Below, piece after piece: positions 9,305 to 18,505 of a stretch of DNA of 64,000 nucleotides. Both the position numbers and the translations under genes were made by a program. The stretch comes from Alphaproteobacteria bacterium. GTDB taxonomy: Bacteria > Pseudomonadota > Alphaproteobacteria > CAAHEQ01 > UBA3637. The notes beneath the pieces were generated by a model, which saw nothing but the letters and a program-made list of their open reading frames with translations, ran no database searches and was not told where the DNA came from. The DNA is taken from the NCBI GenBank assembly GCA_045605805.1, contig JAZUQR010000021.1, positions 64,001 through 128,000 on the forward strand. The letters run 5' to 3'. Each line of letters opens with the position of its first letter. Positions within the stretch are counted from its first letter, which is position 1.

Positions 9305-11098
9305 ATGAAGCATCTTAACAAAAGGAAAAAAATGTTTCAAAAATTAAAGAAGATGAACTTTGTCATAAACTACAAACGCATTTGGCCATTTGTCAAACCT
9401 TTTTGGTTTCGTTCTCTGTTAAGCATTTTAATCACCATTCCCATCGGCTCATTGGACGCTGTTATTGCCTTGGCCTTAAAGCCTTTTATGGACACCATTG
9501 TCATTGAACAAAATGGGGCAACGCCATGGAATCTGCCTTTGTATGTCATGCCCATTTTAATCGTTGTATTTACCGTTGTCCAGGCCTGTTTGGAATATGG
9601 GGCTGCCTATTTGAATACATGGACGGGTGGAAAAATCACCCAAGAATTACAGCGCAAAATGTATAAAAAATTGCTGACCATGGATCAATCTTTTTTTGAC
9701 CAACATTCTTCCGGAGATTTAGCCCAACGGTTCAGTGCTGACCCAACAACCGCCTGTGCCGGCTTGCTGACAAACATCAAAACATTCACAACACGCATTT
9801 TTTCCTCAATCACCTTGATTGGTGTTTTGTTTTATACATCATGGCAATTGGCCATCATCGCCATTGTTGTATTGGGCAGCTCATTATGGCCATTGGCAAG
9901 CATTCGCAAACGCATTAAAGATATTGTGAAAAAATCTGTCCAAGTTGGTGCGGCAGGTTTTACCGCTTTTAACGAAACGCATGCGGGATCAAAAACAATT
10001 GCCTCATATAACTTACAAGACCATAAACGCAAGCAATATGGCGATATTTTAACAATGGGGTTCAAATTGGCGATTAAAAATACACAACGCACTGCATGGC
10101 TTTCTCCGATGATGCACATCATCATCTCCATCGGCATGGCTGGCACAATCTGGTACGGTTCATACCTGATTACTTCAAAACAAATCTCAGCGGGCGATTT
10201 TGTGGCGTTTATGACCTCTATGTTGATGCTCTATACCCCCATTAAAAACATCGGCAAAAACTTCACACAGGTTCAACAGTCTTTCTTGGCCATAGAACGT
10301 GTCTTTGAGATGTTGGATTATCAAATCCCGATTCATGACAAAAAAGAAGCCAAACAAATGGATAAATTGAAAAAAGAAATCCTGTTCAAAAATGTTTGCT
10401 TTGAATACAAAGCGGATACGCCTGTGTTAAAGAACATCAATTTAACCATTCCCAAAGGGAAAACAATGGCCTTTGTGGGCAACTCTGGTGGCGGGAAAAG
10501 TACAATTGTCAATCTGATACCCCGTTTTTATGATGTAAAGGAAGGAAGCATTATGATAGACGGCACAGATATTCGGGATATCTCTTTGCACACACTGCGT
10601 CAAAATATTGCGGTCGTTTTTCAAGATAACTTTTTGTTCTCTGGAACCATTCGTGAAAACCTTCTGCTTGGCAAATTTGACGCTACAGACGAAGAAATCC
10701 ACCAAGCCTTAAAAGCCGCCTGTTTGGAAGATTTTGTGGCAGAATTAGAAAATGGCCTTGATACCCACATCGGAGAACGAGGCACCCGGCTCTCGGGTGG
10801 GCAAAAACAACGGGTTGCCATCGCACGGGCCTTTTTGAAAAACGCCCCTATCGTTATTTTGGACGAAGCTACCTCGGCCTTGGATAACAAATCAGAAGGT
10901 GTTGTTCAACAAGCCATTGATAACCTGATGAAAGACAGAACGGTTTTGGTGATTGCACATCGCCTCTCCACCATTCAAAATGCCGATAAGATCGTGGTCA
11001 TCAACGAAGGGGAAATCGTAGAAGAAGGTAATCATAAGGCTTTGTTGTCCAAAAATGGCGCCTATGCAACCCTCTATAATGCTCAGTTCAAAAAATAA
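9305..11098 (+). CDS. msbA: MsbA-like ABC exporter (TMD + NBD)
   Basis: Multi-helix TMD, GNSGGGKST, LSGGQKQR, ILDEATSALD, AHRLST. Confidence 0.8.
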   Translation: MKHLNKRKKMFQKLKKMNFVINYKRIWPFVKPFWFRSLLSILITIPIGSLDAVIALALKPFMDTIVIEQNGATPWNLPLYVMPILIVVFTVVQACLEYGAAYLNTWTGGKITQELQRKMYKKLLTMDQSFFDQHSSGDLAQRFSADPTTACAGLLTNIKTFTTRIFSSITLIGVLFYTSWQLAIIAIVVLGSSLWPLASIRKRIKDIVKKSVQVGAAGFTAFNETHAGSKTIASYNLQDHKRKQYGDILTMGFKLAIKNTQRTAWLSPMMHIIISIGMAGTIWYGSYLITSKQISAGDFVAFMTSMLMLYTPIKNIGKNFTQVQQSFLAIERVFEMLDYQIPIHDKKEAKQMDKLKKEILFKNVCFEYKADTPVLKNINLTIPKGKTMAFVGNSGGGKSTIVNLIPRFYDVKEGSIMIDGTDIRDISLHTLRQNIAVVFQDNFLFSGTIRENLLLGKFDATDEEIHQALKAACLEDFVAELENGLDTHIGERGTRLSGGQKQRVAIARAFLKNAPIVILDEATSALDNKSEGVVQQAIDNLMKDRTVLVIAHRLSTIQNADKIVVINEGEIVEEGNHKALLSKNGAYATLYNAQFKK

Positions 11099-11372
11099 AA
11101 AAAAGAGCCTGATTTTAGAATAAAAATTTGATATGGTTTTATTCACTCGTTCATTTGAAAAAGCCTGTGAAGAAATGTACGAAAAATCCTTAGAAAATTA
11201 AACTATCACCAACAAAACAAAACGGACAATACCCTTGGTGTTTCCTTTGTGTCCTTTGTTTCCTACTAAATACACCTTTTAGTTGTATTTTTAGAGGTTT
11301 GTTATTTTTTAGTTGCAATTTGTTCAAAATACAGCTATAAGTATAGGTACAACTCTAACAAAGGATTGAAAA

Positions 11373-11624
11373 ATGTTGATATGCAAAAATGTAATTGTGA
11401 ACGGCAGACGCACCAGCATGCGATTAGACAAAGAAACTTGGCTATCCTTGTCCGAAATCTGCAAAACAGAAAATACCAACCTACACGCTCTGTGTTCAAA
11501 AATTGAAAAAAACAAAGGCGAATGTGGCCTGTCCGGTGCGGTCAGAAGTTTTGTCCTCACCTATCTGCGCACCCAACTGGCACAATATCGCCAACAACTG
11601 GAAAACTTAAACAGAGATATTTAA
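11373..11624 (+). CDS. Ribbon-helix-helix domain protein
   Basis: V.VNGRRTSMRLD...W..L.EI...LSGAVRSFVL pattern of alphaproteobacterial RHH proteins. Confidence 0.85.
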   Translation: MLICKNVIVNGRRTSMRLDKETWLSLSEICKTENTNLHALCSKIEKNKGECGLSGAVRSFVLTYLRTQLAQYRQQLENLNRDI

Positions 11625-11660
11625 GCGATAAACTTTTTATCGGAAAAACAATTTACCCTG

Positions 11661-11689
11661 TTGACAAGGGCTATAAAAAAGTGTATACT
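11661..11689 (+). promoter_or_regulatory. Sigma70-type promoter of tRNA-Thr
   Basis: TTGACA-17 nt-TATACT. Confidence 0.7.
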
Positions 11690-11761
11690 TAGATAGCTTA
11701 TGGTAAACAAGTACAATACAAGAAATAGGCCTTATTTTTTGTCACATACCATAAAACAGTT

Positions 11762-11836
11762 GCCGCAGTAGCGTAGTGGTAGCGCACGTCCTTGGTAAGG
11801 ACGGGGTCGTGAGTCCGATTCTCACCTGCGGCACCA
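11762..11836 (+). tRNA. tRNA-Thr(GGT)
   Basis: Cloverleaf, anticodon arm CGTCC-TTGGTAA-GGACG, encoded CCA; T-loop reads TCCGATT. Confidence 0.95.
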
Positions 11837-11839
11837 TTT
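11820..11839 (+). repeat. att core, tRNA-proximal copy
   Basis: Identical to 37542-37561. Confidence 0.92.
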
Positions 11840-11846
11840 TTGAATA

Positions 11847-11872
11847 AACCCTTGTTTATCAAGGGTTTTTTC
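11847..11872 (+). terminator. Intrinsic terminator after tRNA-Thr
   Basis: AAACCCTTG-TTTAT-CAAGGGTTT hairpin followed by a T run. Confidence 0.75.
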
Positions 11873-11896
11873 ATGCCTTGGAGGGCTTATTTTTGG

Positions 11897-11931
11897 TGTA
11901 ACACAGGGGTGTAACACAAAGCTGTAACACA
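11897..11931 (+). repeat. Three TGTAACACA direct repeats (putative integrase arm sites)
   Basis: Copies at 11897, 11910, 11923 (13-bp period); also at 37460 and 36018. Confidence 0.75.
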
Positions 11932-12145
11932 AAGACACAAAATACCCCCTTCAAAACGCCCATATTTTCAAACATAATTTGCGTTAAAAATATCTCATTC
12001 ATCAGGGGTACTCATCTATGACTTTTTGACGGCTACTTTTTGATGACTTTTAGCATATCATACCGTATGAATTTTTTGCCATTTTAACAGAATATAACAT
12101 CTCTGTGACACCAACACATGGATCCCAGTCAAGACATCTGCCCTT

Positions 12146-13927
12146 TTAGTTTTTCGCATTCAATTGACGCATGACAAACGAATCCATGAATGACTTCTTT
12201 AATTCTGACAGCTCTCGATTGATAGGATAGTTAATTTTGCTTATTTCTTCCAGCATAACTCTCATGTCTTTCTTATGAGCATAAATTCTTTGTCCTATAC
12301 CGTGATTAGTCCATCCACAAATAGCATTTTGGTATTCCGCAGGTATCCGTTTTTCAACTGCCTTTGTTTCAAATGTATGCCGAAATGAGTGAAACACCTT
12401 GCTTTTACTTTTTATGCCTAGAGCGTCCAAATGTCTTGCGAACCATCCTTGAACTGCCCTTCCGTAGAGCCCTCTTTTCTGACGGTATAAATTACTGAAG
12501 AGTTTGCGCTCCTTTTCTTGTCTTTGAAATTCAACATAATGTAAGAAACCCATATCTATTAGTTTTGGATGGATAGGTATTACTCTGATGGATCCCTTGT
12601 TTTTAACTGACTTATCTTCACCTCTGTCATTGATACTAATACAAGGTATCCCTTTCTCTTTGACAATATCTGTCAGATCTAACTGACAGATTTCATTTTG
12701 TCTACAACCTTGATAAAGGGCTAACAATGGTATCCAAAATCTTCCCATGTTTAACCTCTCTTTAGGGTTAGGATAAAATTGAGGATTAAATATTTTATGA
12801 AGTTCTACATCCGTAAATGGCTCCCGAACAAGTACATCCGTTCGAAGAGGAATATCAATAAACTCATTCAAACTATTTTGAATAATTTCTTCTTTCACAG
12901 CAAATCGCATGAATTCCTTAAATACCTGTAAATATCTTTGAATTGTTCCTTTTGCCAATGCCTGTGAAGAAGAATTAGTCATAATATCTTGAATACTCGT
13001 ACAATCTTTTTCCAAAATCTGACACCACTTTTTTGAAACAGAATGTATTTGTGTACTTAATTTTCGACAATCTTGGATTGTTACATCTTCCACACATTCT
13101 TTGCCAATAATCATAAAAGCAAGCTTAACTGATAATTTATTCATGTGTAATCGACTAGGGGTCGTCCCGTTTAAATTCTGCTTCATCTTCGCATATCGTT
13201 TGAAAAACTTTTCCCAATGGGTTGCTGCCATAGAGTGATGAATACGCTCATCTGTCTTCATCTTATCATAAGTACGCAACAAGGTGATAATCTTTGGATC
13301 AGTTGGAGCGTAATGTTTATCCTCTTTTATTGCCTCTACTGATTTCTTCGCATAATGGTCCAAATGGTTAATGTGGGTTGAGAACGCCTTTAACCAATCA
13401 TATTTGTCATCTGGTTCCACCAATCCTAGTTCAATCTCCTTCTCTTTTAACTGATGATACACAGTCCTTAAAGTGATATTTGCCTTATTTTTATCTAATA
13501 ATTCCTTGAGATAATCTAGAATCATCGAGGTCATTAACTTACGAATATCCGCCTCCTTTTTCCCATTTGGAAACAGAATAATATCGGCTGCTGTTTTATG
13601 CCGAGCCTTGATTTCCTCGCCATTGTTTTCCAAAAATGCTTGGATTTGTTCCAATCTGTGAAGCAAGAGTTTATCTACATCTGCTTCATTTAGTTCTAAT
13701 TGTTTGTTCTCATTTACTCTCATAATAATCTCTTTCAATATTGTTAAAAATGCTTGTAAATGAGCAAACTCCACACGATACTTTTCAATGGCTTCCTGAT
13801 ATATGGATGTTCCTAATGTATAGGTAAGTTCATCACATCGTGCGATTGTCCTTAACTCCGCAGGTATTCTAACCCGCAGGTAAAATAATCGCCCTCTCGC
13901 AAATAGTCCCGAATAGTGATATGACAT
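12146..13927 (-). CDS. Tyrosine integrase with N-terminal DUF6538-like domain
   Basis: FYLRVRIPAEL..TLGT N-terminus; catalytic GCRQNEI, K, HSFRH, GW, Y; next to att site. Confidence 0.93.
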   Translation of the reverse strand: MSYHYSGLFARGRLFYLRVRIPAELRTIARCDELTYTLGTSIYQEAIEKYRVEFAHLQAFLTILKEIIMRVNENKQLELNEADVDKLLLHRLEQIQAFLENNGEEIKARHKTAADIILFPNGKKEADIRKLMTSMILDYLKELLDKNKANITLRTVYHQLKEKEIELGLVEPDDKYDWLKAFSTHINHLDHYAKKSVEAIKEDKHYAPTDPKIITLLRTYDKMKTDERIHHSMAATHWEKFFKRYAKMKQNLNGTTPSRLHMNKLSVKLAFMIIGKECVEDVTIQDCRKLSTQIHSVSKKWCQILEKDCTSIQDIMTNSSSQALAKGTIQRYLQVFKEFMRFAVKEEIIQNSLNEFIDIPLRTDVLVREPFTDVELHKIFNPQFYPNPKERLNMGRFWIPLLALYQGCRQNEICQLDLTDIVKEKGIPCISINDRGEDKSVKNKGSIRVIPIHPKLIDMGFLHYVEFQRQEKERKLFSNLYRQKRGLYGRAVQGWFARHLDALGIKSKSKVFHSFRHTFETKAVEKRIPAEYQNAICGWTNHGIGQRIYAHKKDMRVMLEEISKINYPINRELSELKKSFMDSFVMRQLNAKN

Positions 13928-14006
13928 TCTTCCTCCATTTGGAGATCGAATTCAACCACATCATTATGACCATGTCAAGAGCGTTTTGGGAGTTTGCTCT
14001 GTTGTT

Positions 14007-14636
14007 TTACCCCATTAAAATATCCAGATACCGCTCAAACAGTTCATTATGCAGTTGATAGGAGTCTAATCTCGTTCCTTGACCATTGTGGAAAACATCT
14101 GAAAAATCAACTCCATTCCCCGATTCTTCTGCCTTAAGCATAAATGTTAGCGAAGGATATTGTTTGGATAGTTTTATCATAGCCCTAATAGGTGGTTCCC
14201 ATGGTGTAATAAAGAGTATACGACATGCCTTTTTCCTGTGATATGTTATCCATTCTAGTGTGGAATCATATGCATTGCCTGTGGCACCCCAATGTGCCAA
14301 ATGCCAATCATACCAAGAATAACGACCATAATGTTCTTTACAGTGTAATGCTTTTTGTGCATTTTCTCTGTTGCTTTTGCCATCAAAGCGTACAGAATTC
14401 AATTGTTCTTTTTCTTCGGCAGATAATTCCTCACCTGACAATTCTTTTTTTAGAATCTTTATATCATCCTTCAGAGATCCCGATACTATAACTTCGCTCA
14501 ATTCTTTGGGCATAGGATCAATATTATTAAAATCAATAAATGCGCCTTCATCATCATTTTTGATCTGATCCAAACACTTTTTGATTGTTTCTTCATCTCC
14601 ACGGATAGTTAAAGTATTTAAACAACAATTTGCCAT
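14007..14636 (-). CDS. DUF1281/YubB ferredoxin-like family protein
   Basis: MANCCLNTLTIRG, DFNNIDPMP, WYDWHLAHWG, F.TPWEPP motifs. Confidence 0.7.
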   Translation of the reverse strand: MANCCLNTLTIRGDEETIKKCLDQIKNDDEGAFIDFNNIDPMPKELSEVIVSGSLKDDIKILKKELSGEELSAEEKEQLNSVRFDGKSNRENAQKALHCKEHYGRYSWYDWHLAHWGATGNAYDSTLEWITYHRKKACRILFITPWEPPIRAMIKLSKQYPSLTFMLKAEESGNGVDFSDVFHNGQGTRLDSYQLHNELFERYLDILMG

Positions 14637-14637
14637 A

Positions 14638-15213
14638 TTATTCTCCTTTCTTTCCTAATGTGTTTAGTATGAGTTCTTTAAGTTCAGGGATTGCCTGTCT
14701 CTCATTTATAAGTTTGATCAGCCAAGTGTCTTTGTTACCCTTATAATCAAATGTTTTTAATGCCCAATCAACCACATCTTTTCTGGGATTAATCAATAAG
14801 GACCAAGGTGATGCGTAAGCACAATCGCCTATATATGCCTTAAAAAGTTCATTAGGATTATGTTCATCCTGATTTACCCATTTCTTAATGTTGTTAAGAT
14901 CACAGGTCGCAAACCAAAGTGATTGTTCTCTGTTTAAAGATTCTCCAAGAACAAATCCAAATTCATCGATAATTGCAAGTTCATCCCGAGTAAGCCAAAA
15001 TAGATACGCAGCATCAGATACTGGCATCCATTTTTCTATCGCTTTTAAATTTTCATCATAAGAGATAAAAATGATTTTAGCCCAACAAGTATCTTCCTCT
15101 TCTATTTCAATACGGCCAATATCATTCCAGTATTCGATAAAGGCGGTTCGTCCTTGTTCTCTTGCCAGTTGACAGGTTTTATTAACAATGTCCTCAAATT
15201 CTTCTTGAGTCAT
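14638..15213 (-). CDS. Hypothetical protein (C-terminus paralogous to 15215-15748)
   Basis: 191-aa ORF with RBS; ends LINPR..VV.WAL...PELKELILN.L..KGE. Confidence 0.7.
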   Translation of the reverse strand: MTQEEFEDIVNKTCQLAREQGRTAFIEYWNDIGRIEIEEEDTCWAKIIFISYDENLKAIEKWMPVSDAAYLFWLTRDELAIIDEFGFVLGESLNREQSLWFATCDLNNIKKWVNQDEHNPNELFKAYIGDCAYASPWSLLINPRKDVVDWALKTFDYKGNKDTWLIKLINERQAIPELKELILNTLGKKGE

Positions 15214-15214
15214 C

Positions 15215-15748
15215 TTATTCTCCTTTGTTATTTAAACTGTTTAAAATTAATTCTTTCAGTTCAGGATTTGCCTGATATTCTGTAGCAATTGAAATGTCTT
15301 CTTCCCCGATTCCAAGTTCATTTTTATGCTGAAGTGCCCATTTCACAACCTCACTACGAGGGTTAATAAGGAAACACATAGCTACTCCTTCATTGGCAAC
15401 AATCTGATATTGTTCCTTGATATCCGCTAAAATTGCCTTTAGATCTGATATGATACAAAAGAGAGATTGCTTATAGTGAAAGAAATCTTTAAGATCAATC
15501 GTAAGTAAACCATTTTTCTCGTATAACCAGTAGTCAGCGTTATACATCCCAAGATAGAACTCTTTCTCGGGAATAGTCTCATCAAAGAATAAAATTTTAC
15601 CTAATGCCAAGAAGCATCCAACCCCAGCCGACATATCTACATCAGCAACTTCACAAAGGTCATCGTATGCTTTTTGAAGTTCACGATTACCCCAATGTTT
15701 TGTTTGGATGAGATGGATAAAGTTTTCTGCTAATTCTAAATCAGTCAT
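15215..15748 (-). CDS. Hypothetical protein
   Basis: 177-aa ORF, AGGAGG RBS, C-terminus shared with downstream gene. Confidence 0.7.
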   Translation of the reverse strand: MTDLELAENFIHLIQTKHWGNRELQKAYDDLCEVADVDMSAGVGCFLALGKILFFDETIPEKEFYLGMYNADYWLYEKNGLLTIDLKDFFHYKQSLFCIISDLKAILADIKEQYQIVANEGVAMCFLINPRSEVVKWALQHKNELGIGEEDISIATEYQANPELKELILNSLNNKGE

Positions 15749-15758
15749 TGTATCCTCC

Positions 15759-15926
15759 TTATGCTGGCATATAGCCCTTGGTGTTAATTGTTGTCAGAAC
15801 ATGCTCAATAAAGCGTTGCTCATCGGTATCCATCAGTTGATATGCATAGTAACAATCCTTTGACTGTCCACATTTTTGGAACAAATGGATCATTTTCTTT
15901 TTTTGTTGATTTTCAATATTAGTCAT
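15759..15926 (-). CDS. Small hypothetical protein (55 aa, below ORF-track cutoff)
   Basis: ATG 15926 with AAAGGAA RBS, MTNIENQQKKKMIHLFQKCG..., stop abuts the RBS of the next gene. Confidence 0.55.
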   Translation of the reverse strand: MTNIENQQKKKMIHLFQKCGQSKDCYYAYQLMDTDEQRFIEHVLTTINTKGYMPA

Positions 15927-15994
15927 AGTATAATTCCTTTCGTTAGGTTATGAGAGCAGGAGAAGTTCCAGTTCTCCCACTCTCGGTTAAATAA

Positions 15995-16495
15995 TCAGAC
16001 ATTCTGAGGTAGATGCTTAATTGCTTCTGCCTCTTGTTTTTCCAGTGCTTCACGCTCTGCTTTTCTTTCTGCTTTGCGCTTTTCCCTTTGGAGTTTCTTG
16101 CGGTTTTCTGCTAAAGCAACTTGCTGTTCACAAAAGTCTTGAATTTGTTTGTCCAAGAGACCTTTGGAAACACCCTCGTAGAATTTGGTAAGAAACTCCA
16201 CTTTTTGTGGTACTGATAAGGTTGGACAATTGCACCTATAAACTCTTTTACCACCCAAACGGACTGTGCAAATGGATTTGTTCTTCTTCTCGTCCAAATC
16301 CACCAACATCTTCATCATGCGGTTATCAATATTCCACGTGTTGTTTTTAAAGTGTTGGATGTTTAACTTAATCATACTCAGGATTCTGTCCTTACAATTT
16401 TTGAATGAAAGCAAACCTTCATCCTTCAAAGTTGTCATTGGGACAATCCCGAAAGAACCCATAAAGGATTCCATAGTTTGTGTATTTTCTAACAT
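15995..16495 (-). CDS. Hypothetical protein with charged C-terminal coiled coil
   Basis: GAAAGGA RBS before ATG 16495 (MLENTQ). Confidence 0.65.
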   Translation of the reverse strand: MLENTQTMESFMGSFGIVPMTTLKDEGLLSFKNCKDRILSMIKLNIQHFKNNTWNIDNRMMKMLVDLDEKKNKSICTVRLGGKRVYRCNCPTLSVPQKVEFLTKFYEGVSKGLLDKQIQDFCEQQVALAENRKKLQREKRKAERKAEREALEKQEAEAIKHLPQNV

Positions 16496-16772
16496 TTTAT
16501 TATCCTTTCTGTTAATTGTTAGACCGCCTCTTTTTGAGGCAGGCACAATTCTATGGATTTGAAAAATGAAGTCAATATACCCAAAATTCACAAAAGGTCC
16601 AAAATGGCAATTTTGGATGGATATTGATGGATATGGATGGATATTCATTCCTTTTTTATTTTGCAGAAGTGATCATTTTTCCCTAAATTTTGTTCAAAGT
16701 TACAAAAATCTGATTCAAAAATGATGCGAATCGGACTTGACATCCTTGAAAATGGCCTATAAACTCAATTCC

Positions 16773-17222
16773 ATGAAGAGATTGTTATTGTTGATATTGC
16801 TTGTATTTGCTTGTTCTACAAGGGCTGAGGATGAATCCGAACTAACCTCTGCTCAAAGGACAGAACAAATTATCCAACAATGTAAAAGTTCCCGCTGGAA
16901 GGAATATGAGGAATCTAGGGATTTCCACAAAGATTACCTATTGGCCGACATTACCAAGGAAGAAATAGAATGTAAGGAAAAGGCATTCTTGAAACTTTTA
17001 CCTGAAATTCTTCCGGAGAAAAGTGACCAAGAAGAAGTTGCCCAGTTATACCAAGATTATAAAGCAAACTTCCTGAAACTTCATGCCACTATTGCTAGAC
17101 GGAATGTAATGTGTGGCGGAGAAGATTTGGGATGTGGCACTATGCGTAAGATTGCCGATACCATGGCATATGATAATGCCATCAACGACTTAATTACTTA
17201 TACATTTGAAAGTGTTCGTTAA
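16773..17222 (+). CDS. Hypothetical secreted Cys-containing helical protein
   Basis: Signal peptide MKRLLLLILLVFACSTRA; four Cys in the mature region. Confidence 0.65.
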   Translation: MKRLLLLILLVFACSTRAEDESELTSAQRTEQIIQQCKSSRWKEYEESRDFHKDYLLADITKEEIECKEKAFLKLLPEILPEKSDQEEVAQLYQDYKANFLKLHATIARRNVMCGGEDLGCGTMRKIADTMAYDNAINDLITYTFESVR

Positions 17223-17296
17223 TCTTTTTTGAAATCATTTTTCTGAAAGATTACATTTTTTAATCATTCTTTGATAAATATCTTTGTAAGAAAAGG

Positions 17297-17497
17297 ATGA
17301 TTAAAATGATCAATAAAATTATACACGGAATATGGTTGTGTGTGACACAACTCCCTGATAATAAACTTCGAGAACCGATCAGACAACTAATTCAAATCTA
17401 TAACGATGATTATCTTGCCAAGCAGCGCTTCCTAGATAAGTTAGATAAACTTTTAACCGAAATTGACGAGGAGAGAAATAATGTCCAAGAAAAATAA
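17297..17497 (+). CDS. Small hypothetical protein
   Basis: 66-aa ORF overlapping the next gene. Confidence 0.45.
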   Translation: MIKMINKIIHGIWLCVTQLPDNKLREPIRQLIQIYNDDYLAKQRFLDKLDKLLTEIDEERNNVQEK

Positions 17498-17861
17498 GGA
17501 TAAAGATACCGTTTATGTTGATACACTTAAAGACGTGAAATATGTGGTATCATTATTAGAAGATATAAATCAACCGATAAACACTCAATTGTCTTCATTG
17601 CTACAGATTTGTTGTATGATGTCTGCTGACGTGACGGTGATTGAATACCTGCTCGCAGAAGGTGCAAACCCGAATTATTTGGACTATAGGGGTTGGACTG
17701 CCAGAGATTATGCCTCCTTTAACAAAAATCCTATTGCCATGCTTTTAATTTACGGGTTGCTGGAACGATATGAAGATAAGTTCCCAAAGGAAGATGCAAG
17801 GAAACGCCGAGAAGAGATTCTAGATTGGGCATTTAAAAAAGAAAAGAAACCCTCGAATTAA
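17481..17861 (+). CDS. Ankyrin-repeat-like protein
   Basis: VIEYLLAEGANPNYLDYRGWTARDYA; GAGGAG RBS. Confidence 0.7.
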   Translation: MSKKNKDKDTVYVDTLKDVKYVVSLLEDINQPINTQLSSLLQICCMMSADVTVIEYLLAEGANPNYLDYRGWTARDYASFNKNPIAMLLIYGLLERYEDKFPKEDARKRREEILDWAFKKEKKPSN

Positions 17862-17869
17862 CGAGGGTT
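17844..17869. terminator. Bidirectional terminator, copy 1 of a 26-bp direct repeat
   Basis: AAGAAACCCTCGAATTAACGAGGGTT, identical at 18437-18462. Confidence 0.8.
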
Positions 17870-17875
17870 TTGTTT

Positions 17876-18334
17876 TTATTTGATCGCAATCTTGCGAGAT
17901 TTAGGTGGAGCAATTGCTTTCTTGGGCAAGTCAATTGTTAGAACACCTTTCTTAAAGTTTGCTTCAATCTTATCATCAGCAATATTGTCTGGCAATCTCA
18001 CCGAACGACTGAAAGTACCATAAGAACATTCTTTCAAATAATATCCTTTATCCTTCTCCTCGGTTTCTGCTTTCTTTTCGCCACTGATGGTTAGCAAGCC
18101 ATCGTCAATGGACAATTCGATATCCTTTTCATCCATTCCGGGCAGTTCTGCTTTGATTTCAAATTTATCTTTTAATTCAGCAACATCCAACTTTGGAACC
18201 ATAACTGCATGTGTCTCTGTGGTTTCCAATGGACTCATAAATGCGTCGAACAGGCGATTTATGTCGGATTGTAATCCCCAAACATCATTTGTTCTTGGTT
18301 CTAGTTCAGTTCTCTTTACAATATAATGTGACAT
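17876..18334 (-). CDS. Small heat shock protein (Hsp20/alpha-crystallin)
   Basis: PKLDVAE..AELPGM..DIEL..LTISGEK..YGTFSRSVRLP..A.FKKGVLTI.LPK; AAGGAG RBS before 18334. Confidence 0.95.
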   Translation of the reverse strand: MSHYIVKRTELEPRTNDVWGLQSDINRLFDAFMSPLETTETHAVMVPKLDVAELKDKFEIKAELPGMDEKDIELSIDDGLLTISGEKKAETEEKDKGYYLKECSYGTFSRSVRLPDNIADDKIEANFKKGVLTIDLPKKAIAPPKSRKIAIK

Positions 18335-18386
18335 AATCTTTCTCCTTTCATTGCTGGGATTCACAGTTTCCCAATCAACACTTAAC

Positions 18387-18415
18387 ATATGGTTTTATTC
18401 TCTTCCTTGTGCAAG
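18387..18415 (-). promoter_or_regulatory. Possible sigma32 promoter of hsp20
   Basis: Minus strand CTTGCA-N17-CCATAT, resembling the alphaproteobacterial RpoH consensus. Confidence 0.45.
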
Positions 18416-18436
18416 GGGTTTTGAAAAATATTTTTT

Positions 18437-18462
18437 AAGAAACCCTCGAATTAACGAGGGTT
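18437..18462. terminator. Terminator, copy 2 of the 26-bp direct repeat
   Basis: Identical to 17844-17869. Confidence 0.8.
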
Positions 18463-18505
18463 ATTTTTTACTGGAATGTGGGTGAAAGCGCGCCCACAAA
18501 AGTAT

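Noticed and set aside
16604-16648. TGGATGGATAT micro-repeats
   Set aside because: Short, imperfect and low-complexity; no support for function.
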